Below, piece after piece: positions 23,629 to 37,227 of a stretch of 64,000 nt of DNA. Numbering within the stretch: the stretch's first letter is position 1; every line of letters begins with the position of its first letter. The DNA is taken from the NCBI GenBank assembly GCA_051362555.1, contig CM120642.1, positions 8,432,001 to 8,496,000 on the forward strand, in the 5' to 3' direction. The notes beneath the pieces were generated by a model, which saw only the letters and a program-made list of their open reading frames with translations, did no database searches and was not told the DNA's origin. This DNA is from Lingula anatina (lineage: Eukaryota; Animalia; Brachiopoda). Made by a program: the position numbers and the translations under genes.

Positions 23629-26600
23629 TTAATCATTATTTCCTGACAATACCAAATTCTTTTTAGATAAATTAACCAGCCTCGATTTAGAAGAATATGT
23701 CCTGCACAACAATATTGAAACAACCAACAAAAGAACGAAAACTAATCCAGTACAAGCTACAAGGAACATCAAATTGAAACTGTGTTCATTGCATTTTCCA
23801 CTATCTTTGGCAGTGTCCGGGGAAAAATGTGCCTTGTTGCCTTCATAATGGGACAGGATTTGCGACTCTCCTGCAATATAAGGAAATGAATCCAATTTTA
23901 AGAGCGAAAATGGTCCAAATTTAAAATTTCAAAACGTACAAAAATACATTATTAATCTAGATAATCCAAAATCTGCAAGATAGGGATAATATTTCGCCCC
24001 CTCAAGTTTATTAACACCACACTTTAAACGTGCTTAAGTCATTGGCACTTTAGTATCATTAGACAAACATATTATTTAACATACGTTCTAAGTTTGATTC
24101 AGTATCTTCCTGTACACGCAAGACTGTGGTCACAGCCATCTCTATGAATTTCTTCGCTGCGGGATCGTCATCCAGTGAAGCCTGTCTTTCCGGAAGGGAT
24201 AAACTCCACGCGTCGTGTTCCCCATTACTGCGTCGTTTACGACTGCGTGGCAGCTTGTCATGTCCCGGACCATGGCAGTGATTCTAATATTTTGAAAACC
24301 CATTATACATTGCTCAGTTGTAATGATGTAATACGTGTAATATGAAGATATGGGTGATGGTGACATTTACTTATTATTTTAAAACGATCTTTAAGTTACA
24401 GCTGTTATTCACATTGTTACAGATGGCATTCTGTATATAGATACAAAGGCCAATGAACTCCACAAAACCGCTGAATGAACTCATTTTTTTACGATTGACT
24501 CAACTATTTACAAAAAGAAACTGAACTGGTCTGTCTTTATTTGATTGATTTAAAGAAAAAAAAACAAAATATAACCAGAAGACAATTACCGTTGTGCAGT
24601 AAGTTTCCTCCGAGTCCGCACATAATGCCACCAAGCATCGGAAGTAAACATCGGAATATCCAGTGAATTTGAAGGCATAGAAGGGGGCAGACACCGCTCT
24701 TGCTGAGGAATGTTCCAGCGGGGTAAATCCTTCCGTTTCAGCCAGAACTCTCCCCGTACCACATCTGAACATGTTTAATGGAAATTGGTATTGATTGTAT
24801 AAATTGTTAAAATCATTAAAAATTGCTGTTTAGAAATTGTACTCATTTCAAACAGCATACTTCAGTACGTGTACTTAAAAGACATTTACATCCGCAGCGA
24901 GATTTTTTCCAGATAGTTACCTTCTAAGGTATACTACTCTTCTGATATGTATACTTTAAGTTGAAAGTGAGGTACTAATACTAGTCTGTATTAGGTACTA
25001 TTCATATATGACGATTACTTTTCATCTAAACTATTTTGGCCTTATCTCTTACAAAGGAGTTTTTTTTCTTCTGGAGATCCATTGCCAATGGTCATATGGT
25101 CTAAATACTTACCCATCCTCTTTAGTCAGCACACGAGATGGGCTTGGGTTTCTGAGTGAGGGATATGCTGTGCAGTTGATTACACGGATGCCCTGAAAGG
25201 CTGAAAAGGTTTCACTTTCGTTATCATGCATCCATGCAAATACTTAAAGATTCAAAAACCCGTTCCTTTGTCCTCATAATTTATTTTTATGTTTATTTGT
25301 GATTTCTCAAAACAAAAGTTAAAGAATTAAGATGCGTCCGTTAGAAATGTAACAAAGTACAATGTAAAATTCATCTTTCGGTAGGCCTATATGTACTATA
25401 TTGAACATAAAAAATCAAAACTATAGTGGGGCACACAAAAGTGACGACGAATAATTCAAAAGGGCAGTGAATGTTTAAAACTTGCCTGCGTGTCGACGTA
25501 ATGAAGCCTGGAGGTGAACCTGGTCGCCCACACGAACTGTTGGCACCAGTTCGTCCGCCATATTTTTTACGGAAAGAGTTACATGCGCACGTCCACTGTT
25601 GATTTCGCTTCCGGCTTGCCTGCTTTCTAGCGAGGGGCCACTATAAAACCGTTGATATCAACTGTTTATCTCACTTGTATTGTTTCTTTTCTTTTCATTT
25701 TTCTTTATATACACTTTTACATTTTACATTTTCATTCATATCACACACATACATTGCACTGTGTAGAAGACACTAAAAAAAACTTACTGCTCTACATTAA
25801 CACTACTGCCGACTACCCTTGAGTGGTCATCGGTCTGGAATACACAGCACACCCTGTAGTGGTGGTCTCCTATGCTTATAGCTCCGGCCTCCACTTGTGC
25901 TACCACATTGATACAATGCACCAGGCTGTCTTCCTCCTTGTTCTGAGCGTGGAAGTGAGAGGAAGAGTAAAAGTTAAAGAAAGAAGTGAATGTGCCTTAA
26001 CTTCTCTCTCATTCTACTTGTAGGTTTTTTTAAAACTAAAACCAATAATAATACATGTTTTGCTTAAACGATATTGCTGCCAAGTGTATTTTAGAAAAGG
26101 TTTAATATTCAATGTCTTGGATAACCATTATTATTATTTCAAAGCACCAACCAACTTTTGGTTGCAAATAAATATTATTGATATTATAGTATAATATATA
26201 CCACTAACGAGATAATATATAATACCACTAACGAGAAAGTAAATTCCCCCAAATACAAGGTATTTTTTTATTGACTACGAATATAACGGCATGATAATGA
26301 TGAATGAAAGGGGAGTTGGTTAAATATGCAATACCTTGTTTAAATACATAATACATAACATGCATAACGATTTAACTTACAATCGCAATTCCACACCTAT
26401 TCCTTTCAGCTGCGTCATCGAGCATGACGTCTCTCCGATACTCTGTGGCATAACTGTGGAGAAATGCGCATGCGCCAGCATCTTCTCCCTCGTTATACAC
26501 GGCCGACACATTTGCCCACAGAATTCTAGCGTCATATGTCAGACTCATTATGTTACCAAATTTGCTTTTACTGCAAACAATTTCCCCTAAAGTATCGACA

Positions 26601-29600
26601 AATCTTGGTAAAATTATCAATTTAAAGTCAGAGTTATTCAAAAATGCTTTATAAAAGAAATACACTGACATATCCAAATGTTCGACTTAAGCCTATTACA
26701 ACATTTAGCCAATATTTAAGTGCACATTTTATGCTATACATATCACTGACAATAGTACACAAGGAACATTAACTTATTTTTAAATTTGGATTATAAACTG
26801 TGACAAGGGAATTGCAGAGTAAGTTAGGTAGCTGTGCTTTACTTACATGGGTCAATGTGGTAATGCAATACCTGTTAAATAAGGATACACAATATTTATA
26901 TAAGAATATGATTTGTCAATAGTATTGACGATCTTCCTGTAGGATTGTTTTGATATAATCTTAATCTAAGACTGCAGCAGACAAATTATCACGAAATTCA
27001 CTGCCTCTAGGGGATTTCACATTTTCATAAACTGTTATATCGTAAAACTTACTAAACGGTCTTCTGTTAGATCCTCATCGATTTCCCCATCGTTATCGTC
27101 GTCTAAAAATTATTGAAAAGGATTCAGATACATGATATAATGGCTAATCAGGAATGGCTTTATTGCCGATGGAACACTTATACATACATGTGTATATAGC
27201 AATATATATATTTTCCCACAGTCAGTAATTCCCCTAATAATTTAAAGTATCCATCGTGACTTGGAGTTCCCTCTTAGAAATAAACACCTTTAGAATTATT
27301 ATTTACAATCGTAGTCACATGGAAATATATCCAAAGTGCCGGTCTCTTATTGCCTATATGCTGCCATATTGTAATTTTTCTCCACTCATCTATCCCAGAT
27401 AGGTCTGTTCGAGTACTCTCATTTATTCCATGGAACGCTTGCCAAATCCAAATTCGTGTTTTAATTTTTATCCATCTTATGAATCACTTACCGATATGGT
27501 TGTAGACCTCCTCGTCAACAAACCCGTCACAGTCGTTGTCAACTAAATCCCCAGCCACTGTGATACTTGGGTGACATGGCTGAAATAACGCGAACAAAAC
27601 TGAATTTCTTTTTTACCAATCGTTGCAGTCACAGCAACCTCAAAACAAATGAGTTCATGTTGCAGTCAAACCAAAAACTATATTATAGATGCAATACGAT
27701 CCAGCTAGGTGTTTGTAGCATTCACGAGTGGGTATCACACGTACATGCGTCATTCTGAGGCGTTATGTATGACGTTTACACAATGTCTCATTCATAAGAT
27801 GTAAAAGGCATACCTGTATGCAAGATACATAACGTTAGAGCGCTGCGTTTTCGACATCCACTTTGTTGTAATTTATCTACAAGTGTTATAATTATAATAG
27901 GGTAACAAGGAACTTTTCTTATAACCCAAATAATGGAAACAGGTATACTTACATGCGTTATAGTATACAACGCCCCAGCAGGGAAAGCATGCCCGACGTT
28001 ATCTCCATAACCATACACAGAGGCTAGAACTCCTTCCTGTGGCTGATCATTACTTATATAATGTGTTCCTCTATCAACATTTGCGGTGGTTGCGTTCAGT
28101 TGTAGCATGGGCGTTCCAATAGACAGGTCTGAATTCCAGTGCACTTGCCCTCCATCCAACGTTAGAGATTTGAGGCAATAGGAAATTGATATCATGCTGA
28201 CGCCGTTTAAACGCGATCCAGCCGAGACAAAGGTGACGTTTTTGGGGGTCTGTTCAAATGGGGTTGCCACTGCAGTATCTAGCCCCCCTACTGTTGTTCC
28301 ATCTTGGAAGTGATGCCTGCAAGACGTATGGACACCAACCAGAATTGGGTCATGTTCCAGTGCGGTAATGGTCAGGAGAGACTGCGCATACGTTTCGTAC
28401 GTTACATGCCTCTCGCGCGTTATTGATAAAGTTGGTTGATTATTCCCTTGTGCAACGACGTAACTCTGTTCAGAGCGACTGGACAAAATCACCAAGGTCC
28501 AATTGTTGCTGGCCTCTGAATGCCTTGGTGACATGGTGTACATTCTTCCCCATGCCGACATCGGCGGCATCATCTCTAGGACGATATCTTTCGTGGAGCC
28601 AAACTGTTCTCTGGCACCGCTTATCACGGCAATGGGCCTGTCAGAATTGATGAAGGTTTGAGTTAAAGAGAACGCCTCACTGTGAATATGAAATGTTTCA
28701 TACTTGGACAGCCTGATTTCCAACATACGGTGCCTTGTGAACTCGCTACCATTGTATATTACGAAAACACCCTCTACCTTTGGCATGGTGATTCGAACCC
28801 TGGTGTCGCTTTCCACTGCAATGATGATGATTTCCGAATGCTGGGAATAATCATCACTGTGCCGTGAGTCAATGGAGCACAAGGCGACGTATTCTTGGCC
28901 TAATACATCAACTGGAAGGGCAAGGTATCCGCCGGAGAAACCGGGACCTTCTGCGAGTCCAAATACTGCAATATCACGGGAACTTTCAACTAAGATGCTG
29001 TCTGTTGCAAAACCGGTCGCGTTCGACTTGAAAAGCGCTCTTGGCATGCTCACCGTAGTCTCTTTGCCTTTCTGGACACTGACTGATACTGGTGGATAGT
29101 CAGGGTGCAATGGGGTGGACACTCGGACATCAGCAGGGGTGTCACTATAACCTGTCATCTTTAACATCAAACGCACATCTTTTTTATCGTCCGTGCAAGT
29201 GAAAGACGACAGTAGTGCGTTTCCAAAGAATGACAGGACGAAGCGTTTACCCATGTTGTCTCTCTTCCCTGAAAGAGTGGTTGAACGGTAACGAGAATCG
29301 TGCTTTTGCCATGATGGAGTCATAAATTGTTTACGATCTCTTTTATAACTAATAGTAACTAATATAGTAACCACTACAACTAGTAGTATTTCACTTATGT
29401 ACTTGATATAAGAAAAACCAATGCACCACGCGCGATTCATGTTAGACATCTTCGCCAAAACGGCTTCCGCACCACGCGTTCACAGCCACTCACACAACTG
29501 CCTCACACATTATAACTGCTAGCGCTCGAGCGCGTGCGTGTGGATGTGCACTGCTGCATTATATTGTATTGTATCACTGGTAATCGATCTAACCAACATC

Positions 29601-32600
29601 TTCACGTTAATGCACGAACCTTCACTGGCCGCTGCTGTTCGGCTTGCTGGCTCACACGTGCAGTACACATAGGCCCTGTCATCTCCACTGTTGGTGCAGT
29701 TACCGTTACCGTCACAAAAGCAATGGCAAGGTGCTGAAATATTAAAGAAAATATACAAAAAAAAACATTCTAAGATATAAAAATAAAAAACAACAATAGA
29801 ACCATGCATTCAAAAATAAAAGTAACCGACAAAGCACTGAAAACTGACAATAAAAAATGATCCCAAAATTATTGTCGTTAAACATTTGTATTGGCTGCAT
29901 CTGAAAAGCAAGTACCGGTACATCTAATTTTGCTGCATCTTCTTACTCATAATGCATGTCAATGTTGCGTGCATTCATTGTGAGAAACAAAATTGTATCA
30001 TTTTTCAGATTCATACAAAATTATGAAATATGGATCTACTTACAGCACTCGAAATTCCTCTCATACCAACCAGGTTTGCATTTGCACACTGTCCCAAAAG
30101 GTTCGTCAAGGACACAATGGCTGCCATATACGTAACTTGCGCAATCCAGGTCATGATTGCAATCCATTCCCAGCACTGGACGAGATGACAAGACAATTGA
30201 ACATGAGGAAAATCAAATTAAATGATAACCAATATAATCATTTTTAATACCGTGCTTGTAGCTGTACACAACATGGTTTATTTTTAGCAAAATGATGGCC
30301 GACGTTTAGATAGTTTTATTCAAACGACAAAGACTTAATACCAAATATACCATTTCCAAAGATGAATCTCAAATGTCATTTTAGTTACTGCCATAGAAAG
30401 TAGTGTATCGAAGGGAGTATCGAAGGGAGTTTATATTCCCCATATAGAACAACACATCAACATACGGCAATGACACTGTAGAAGATACTATAGAGTAATA
30501 TAAAACCATTGACGTTAGATTCCAAGTATTTATATTGAAATATTATATAAATATTATAATATCAAATTAATATTTAATTTATTTATAAAAAAATTGTATA
30601 TAAATATTTTTTTGAGAAAATATAAAAAAACAGCTACAGTTGTTCATTGTATTTCAGTCGTGTTTGTACAAGATTTTGCAAGGTTGAGAACGTTAACAGA
30701 TATATTGAATAATAAAGAGAGTCTACCTTTCTCACAGTTACCCCTATGATCCGGTGCAAACCCAGGTCTACACTCACACCTTCCTCTCGTACACACACTG
30801 TTGATATCAGAATCCAAGCACATGCAATTAACTCTTGATGGAACGATTTCTTCATCAAATGCTAAAAAAAGAGAGACCATACACACATCCCATTGCGACA
30901 AGTCAGTGTTCCTTACAATCCACAGTAAATTGGTGACCGTTATCATAGCAATCAAATTGAATTCTTTAGCAACAATGATTTGTTTTGATGATCAAAGTGC
31001 CTCAGTTTCAGGCCTCAGTTTCAGGCCTAATAATCTAATTACCCGACATTGCTTTGGTAACTGTTGATAATATATATATACTTACTCTGATAACCGTGTG
31101 AACCATTGGTGACGATCGTCATTTCAATAATATCAGGTCCTTTTGGGTCGCTTTCTAAAGTACTGACCGTCAAGTAATAGGTATGTTGTCCCTGTAGACG
31201 AACATGAATCTCAGGATTTAATCTTGTATCTCCGTCGTCGTTTCTAACAATTATGCTTGAAGGCAGAGGTTGTGACGTCATGGGATCAATGGCGCCATAT
31301 AATTCAATGAAAGCATCATAGTCTTCATAATCCAACGAAATCCAAATGTCGTTGGTGTCTTCTAGAGTGAAACTGTACACAGTGTCCCCTTTTGATAAGA
31401 CGCTCCGTCCACCTGTGTGTATGTTTGGGGCGTTTTCATTGCACTTCGTGTTTACGTAATATGTTTGGTTGGAAACCAGTACTCCAAGATCCATGACAAG
31501 AACTGACAAAGAAAAGAAGAACACTGGTTTTTGCTTCGACGTGTTATTGACAACGGAAAAGGGGAGTGTTATGCAGCAAAGTGGGAAATGATTTACATCT
31601 TCTATCATGCGTAGGCCTAAGGAATATAATAAATGTGCTGAACGCTGCCAAAAATCAGGAACTGATTGTGACAACGACTAAAATCAAGGTCCTCAGCCTG
31701 AGCAGAACACCTTGGCTCCTTTTTACAAGTTGACATTTTACTGTGAGACCACGTTGCTGTCAATTTGACACGTTTTTGCGCTAAAAGCTTTTTGGTCCAA
31801 ACAACATCTACAGGACTGATTTGAGAACCATTTAGTCCACTTATACCCGTCATATATACTATAACATACCGGTCTGTGCTTGTGTAGTATCATCCAAATC
31901 CTACCTGTTTCGCAGATCGTTATATGCGTCGACACATTCACAACTGAATTAATTGCGTTTAACCCCGTAATATGCAGATCTCTTATCGGCAAGTACCGTT
32001 TATCGTCTATCACAGCTATATCGGCCGTTTCTTGTCTAGAATGACAGTTGCAGGCAAATCTGAAACAATTTTAGTGGAATCAGATGATTTATACACACCA
32101 TCTTTATTTCATTTCTGTGGCAGTTAACGCTTTTGTTATGTACCAGCACTCGTAGATATAAGATATTTCAAAGCGCTGCAGCATTGACTGGCTTCTACAA
32201 ATTGTAACACAGGATTGTCAAGAGACACGATATATTTTAATACACAGCGCACTGAAATATTGAGAAACATATTGGGAATTTTCTGCACATTTCATGCAAA
32301 ATTGTTGACTAAAAAAATTTTATAACTTTATTTAAAGCAACTCACGCATAGATGGTACAAGTTCTGACGGAAATAGACGAAACTAGTGTCCAGACATGTT
32401 TTTATCTAAAAAAAAATTAACTGTTTGAATCTACAACTGGATGGATCAGAATGCGCACATTGGTTTGCTAAAATATTTTGGATCCATGCCAATTGTAAGA
32501 CATCCGGGTTACCTGCTATCCACACACGTGTTCTCAAAGGTTGCATTACATGCGCAGTTTGAACTATTGATTGGTGCTCCCCAGCCCGTGATTGGGTAAC

Positions 32601-35600
32601 CCTGGCGCGAGGTCCACCACGTGCTGCCTCCAAACACGGTCGCATTGATGCAGCTGACTCCAATATGCTGAAAAGAAACAGGATTAAGCTCATAATGCAT
32701 AAAACAATAACAGAGTGAAAATATGCAAAGTCATACCCTTGGGGGTGGATACAGAGATATTTTCTGAGAGTCTTCCAAATTATCTTTGTTGATCCATCCT
32801 CCATTTTTGACCGTCTTCCGACAGAAAAAAAAAGATACCTGTCAATGTAAACTTAAAAATCTGACCGTGTTCCGGAAGACCCAGAAAAACGGCCTAAATC
32901 CGCCCTTGGCCCTAGTATAACTCGGTGACAGCATAAACTCACAGTTCTGCCATTCGATAGATCAAAATATTGCTGGTGTGGCGTGACGAAAGCGTTCTAC
33001 AGTAGGCCTATACCATACGCGTGTTCACTGTTTGAAATTATGTAATCAGTGCTGGCAAAAAGATACCGAATGTTTTGTGCCGGTAAGCTTACATGCCAAA
33101 TGACGGACAAATTTTACGACAGCATTCAGATTCAGACATCGTATTACTGGTTACCAGGTCCGTACAACTCTGCGGGGGATTCTCGTTGTGGTGAAATCAG
33201 TCATATCAACTTAATTGTCTGACACGACTCCTCGAGCAGCTCCTTTTAAGCCGATTCTTCTGATTGCACTTGGGCGAAACTCCCTGCACAGTTGGGCCGA
33301 CCCAGCTAGTACGATGCGTGAAATTGAATGCATCCTACAAAAAAAAAAAAAATAACACGGTGCATTGTGCTGGCTGTCATTCTGTGCCCTAGGGTTACCT
33401 GGGCATAATGGTACAAAGTCTGAGCGCACCTTTGGTGGCGAATGTGACTTCATGTTGAAAAAATTACCCAGAAAGTAACAAAAATATCACGACCTACTTT
33501 GTGTTTCATTCAAGTGGCATTCAAGTGACATTTACCGTACTATCGGTATCAGTTTAATTCAAGACACCTTACTTATTGCAGTATTAAGATATATACATAC
33601 ACAAATGTATAAATAACGTACTAACCTGTTCACAATTTAATGATACATCCGTAATGGCGGACAGAAAGTTTAAATTCAGCCTTTTTTCCTTATACGAGTA
33701 AGCTAAAGACACATTGCTGTTGCTTTGAAACTGATAATCTCTGTCACCGTAAATCGTGAAATCGTTGTATCCTCCAATTTCTGCCTCTTCACATCTGGCG
33801 TAAATGGGGGGAATGTTTGGTGATGGATATATCCATGCTTTCATACCAGTCGGGAATACATCGTGGCACGATCTGTAAGCATCTTTATCAAATACATCGT
33901 TCATATCTGAAATAAAAACAAATAAATACAGGACTGAAACGATAACTCTGCGAATGATCGAATAAACAGGGGTGATCTGAACGAACGTGATATTTGCAAA
34001 ACGGCAAGCACGTGCTCCCATGCCCAATACACAGCCAGTGTTGGGTAAGTGACGTAAGATATTATATTTTTACGTGAACTTTAAATATACAAACAAAAAG
34101 AGAAATTCAATTGATAAATCAGCACAATTTTAAATTAAACGTAACAACACTTGTTCGTGAATATAAGACTGCATTCCCACAGATTTAGATAGATCCATCT
34201 GGATCGACCCAACTCCCTGGGGGTTCAAGCTAAATTGCTGTCAGCCGAGCGCGCACGGAAGTTAATTACACCCTTACAGCTTTATGTAGGCGGGACAGAC
34301 ATTTAAGCCGGCTAAGCTGACAGTAATCTACTGAGACTCCCCACGGGGATAGATCGATCTAAAATCTGTGGGAATGTAGTCTTAACTTAATCTATTTAAC
34401 ACATGTTAGACATATTCTGATTGTGGTAAATAAGCGTGCATGCAAAACTTGACATTTTATAAGAACATCCATAAGCTAATTACCTACCAATTTCGCAAAC
34501 GAACTGGTACTTATCTTCGCACGGCGTATTAGACAGCGCCCCATTATCCCAGTATAATGTCATACAACTGGTGCTGTTCACCCAAATCAACTGATCTGAA
34601 AATATAGCGAGGTCAAAGGTCAGATTCAATCTCAGTTACCAAAGCACATTTGAGTAGTAAGAAATCGGGCTGAGGGTTCTTTTTCATGTGAGGATTGTGT
34701 GAGGAGTGTTTGCTTGTTTGTTTGTTTGTTTGTTTACAACATCTTTTGGGAGGGGGTAACTATGGCCAATTTTAAAGCCTTATTTATTTTTTCTTGTGTA
34801 TTTAAATTTTTATGACATCATTTTCTTTGTTTTTGAAACAACCCAATAATGCACTGTAACCAAATTCAGTGCAAGTGTACTATTACCTATAAAATAAGAC
34901 TCGACTGAAAATCAAAACAGCTAGACAAGAAAGGATTTTCAAAAACAAAGAAAATGATATCATAAAAAATCTAAATACACAAGAAAAATAAATCGGGCTT
35001 TATAAAAGAAAATGATTTTAAAAACATTGGTTGCCATTCTTACCCCCCTCCCCCCCCCCCCCCCCCCAAAAAAAAAAAAAGCAATCCTCTCACAATCCTC
35101 ACGAAATGAAGGTGTGTTCAGACCAGTAAAATTTAACATTAATAAAAATGAAAATTTATTCGATCTGAGTCGCGGGCTTGGGCGCGCGACTCGTAACAAG
35201 TGTCAATAGAAGTTTATATCTCTTATCTAACGTCAATCTTTTTCTTATCTTATCTGCTTTAATTATAGTAAAGTCACAATAAAGATATAAGTCTGTCACG
35301 CCAAGGTAGGTATAAAACCAGGCTGCGACCTGACAATAAAGGAGTTTTGATTTTCGTAACTAAACGGTGGTGTTGCATTACTCTTCTCTCCGGGCATAAT
35401 CCAAGTCGGGGTTCGCGTACCGTACCTAGAATCTTCCAGCGTAGGATTAGAGCCCCTAGCGTCTAGATTATACCCGCGGTATATCTAGGAACTTAGTACA
35501 AATCGTGAAAAGAACACTCAGCTTAATTTCTAACCACTCATTTGGTAATTGCAACGATAGAGAGAGAGGGAGAGAGGAACCATTTCTTACTAGTAATATG

Positions 35601-36175
35601 CGTATGATTGCCGAGATACTGGCCCATGAATAATAGCTCTGCTTGGGTTTCAAAATCTACCAGATTGCCGCCATCATTAGCACAGATCCCTCGCGCCATA
35701 TCCCAAGTAAGTTCAGTCATATATAACTTGTAACAGGAAGACCTGTGTCGAAAGTTGTAACCCGCGGGACAAGGTCGATAGTTGTTCACACAGACTGGAA
35801 CATTGTCGTCTACTAAGTGGGACTCGGGGAAGCACAGGCGCCTGTCATTCGGTCGCTTGCACATAAACTTCCCTTCCTCATTGCAATTTAGCGATTTCCA
35901 CATCCCGTGTTTATCCGGTGGATCGAGTGAATCGTAAAACAACCCGGCACAGTTGTCAGCGACATCTCCAGGATTCATGTTCTCATATTTAGCGCTGTTG
36001 CCGTCAGTCCAGTGAGATTGTCCGTCAAGGCCGATGTGAAACCATTCATCAGTAGTTGGCGAACTAATGACATAGATAAAGATACACATTAGTGGACATG
36101 ACTTTTTAAAGGATTGGTCAGCATAAGTATTAAATACGCTACACTCTAAAAGTCAAAGTGGCACAGAACTGTATG

Positions 36176-36233
<58 letters not shown>

Positions 36234-37149
36234 GGCGGGTCTAGGGGTCACAGAACGCCACGCCTCCCCCCATAGTCCTGAGGTATCCCTCCTCCCACTT
36301 TTCCCTCTAAAAACAAAATAACAAGCGTAACGAGAAAAAATAAGCAAGAGTTTGCACCCTCATTCCTACAGTTATATTGCCCTCGTTAGTATACCGTTTT
36401 ATATTTGTCGACCGAAGCAAGGCAAAATAATATGATATACCTAGGCGACACTGGCTTCTGGGAAACGCCCGTCTCTCCATCTCCAGAAAAGTCAGACTGT
36501 TCGTGGCCCGTGAAGCTTGAATTGACCGCATTTTCGATGCCTACAATAGACTGGACGAAGGCCTGTTCCTCAGCGTCAAGGATGCTCACCAGATGACCTC
36601 CTGATACAACACAGGAGGCCTCAGCAAGATCGTGTGGCAGTTTGGGTGTTTCAACCAACTTGTAACAGAATGGTGGTTGCGCCAGACTCCGAACCCATCC
36701 GTCTGGACAGCCTGTATCTGTCACGGTAAATACAATTATACGATTATCAAAAGTTTAATATACTTACAACTGTTGTTATTTTAATATTGGGATGGATAAA
36801 ACGTTTTTGTAACATTTAATCTGTTGCAGCGTCATACATAAAAGCACATACAGGCGTCCTCGACCATCACTTCTTTCTGATGATTCGTTTATATATCGGA
36901 GCTTGCAATACAGTATACTCAACTAGCACATTCTTAGTATGCAGTTAGGGTTTGCTATTTGCTTGTTATATGCCAGTTGAAGACAGTAAGACTAGAGGAC
37001 CTACCAATAACTGGACGCTGGTACGGTGTCCCTGAGGCTGGCACACGTGGCCTCGGTTCCACCAGTGTGGCCGCCGTGATGTGCTTCCCCTCTGACCAGT
37101 TCGGTGGCAAACCTGCCAGATACTCATCAATTACTGAAATGTGGATCAG

Positions 37150-37227
<78 letters not shown>

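Noticed and set aside
33092-33335. Exon-like segment with a strong acceptor and donor in a B intron
   Set aside because: Stops in all three frames and no counterpart in gene A.
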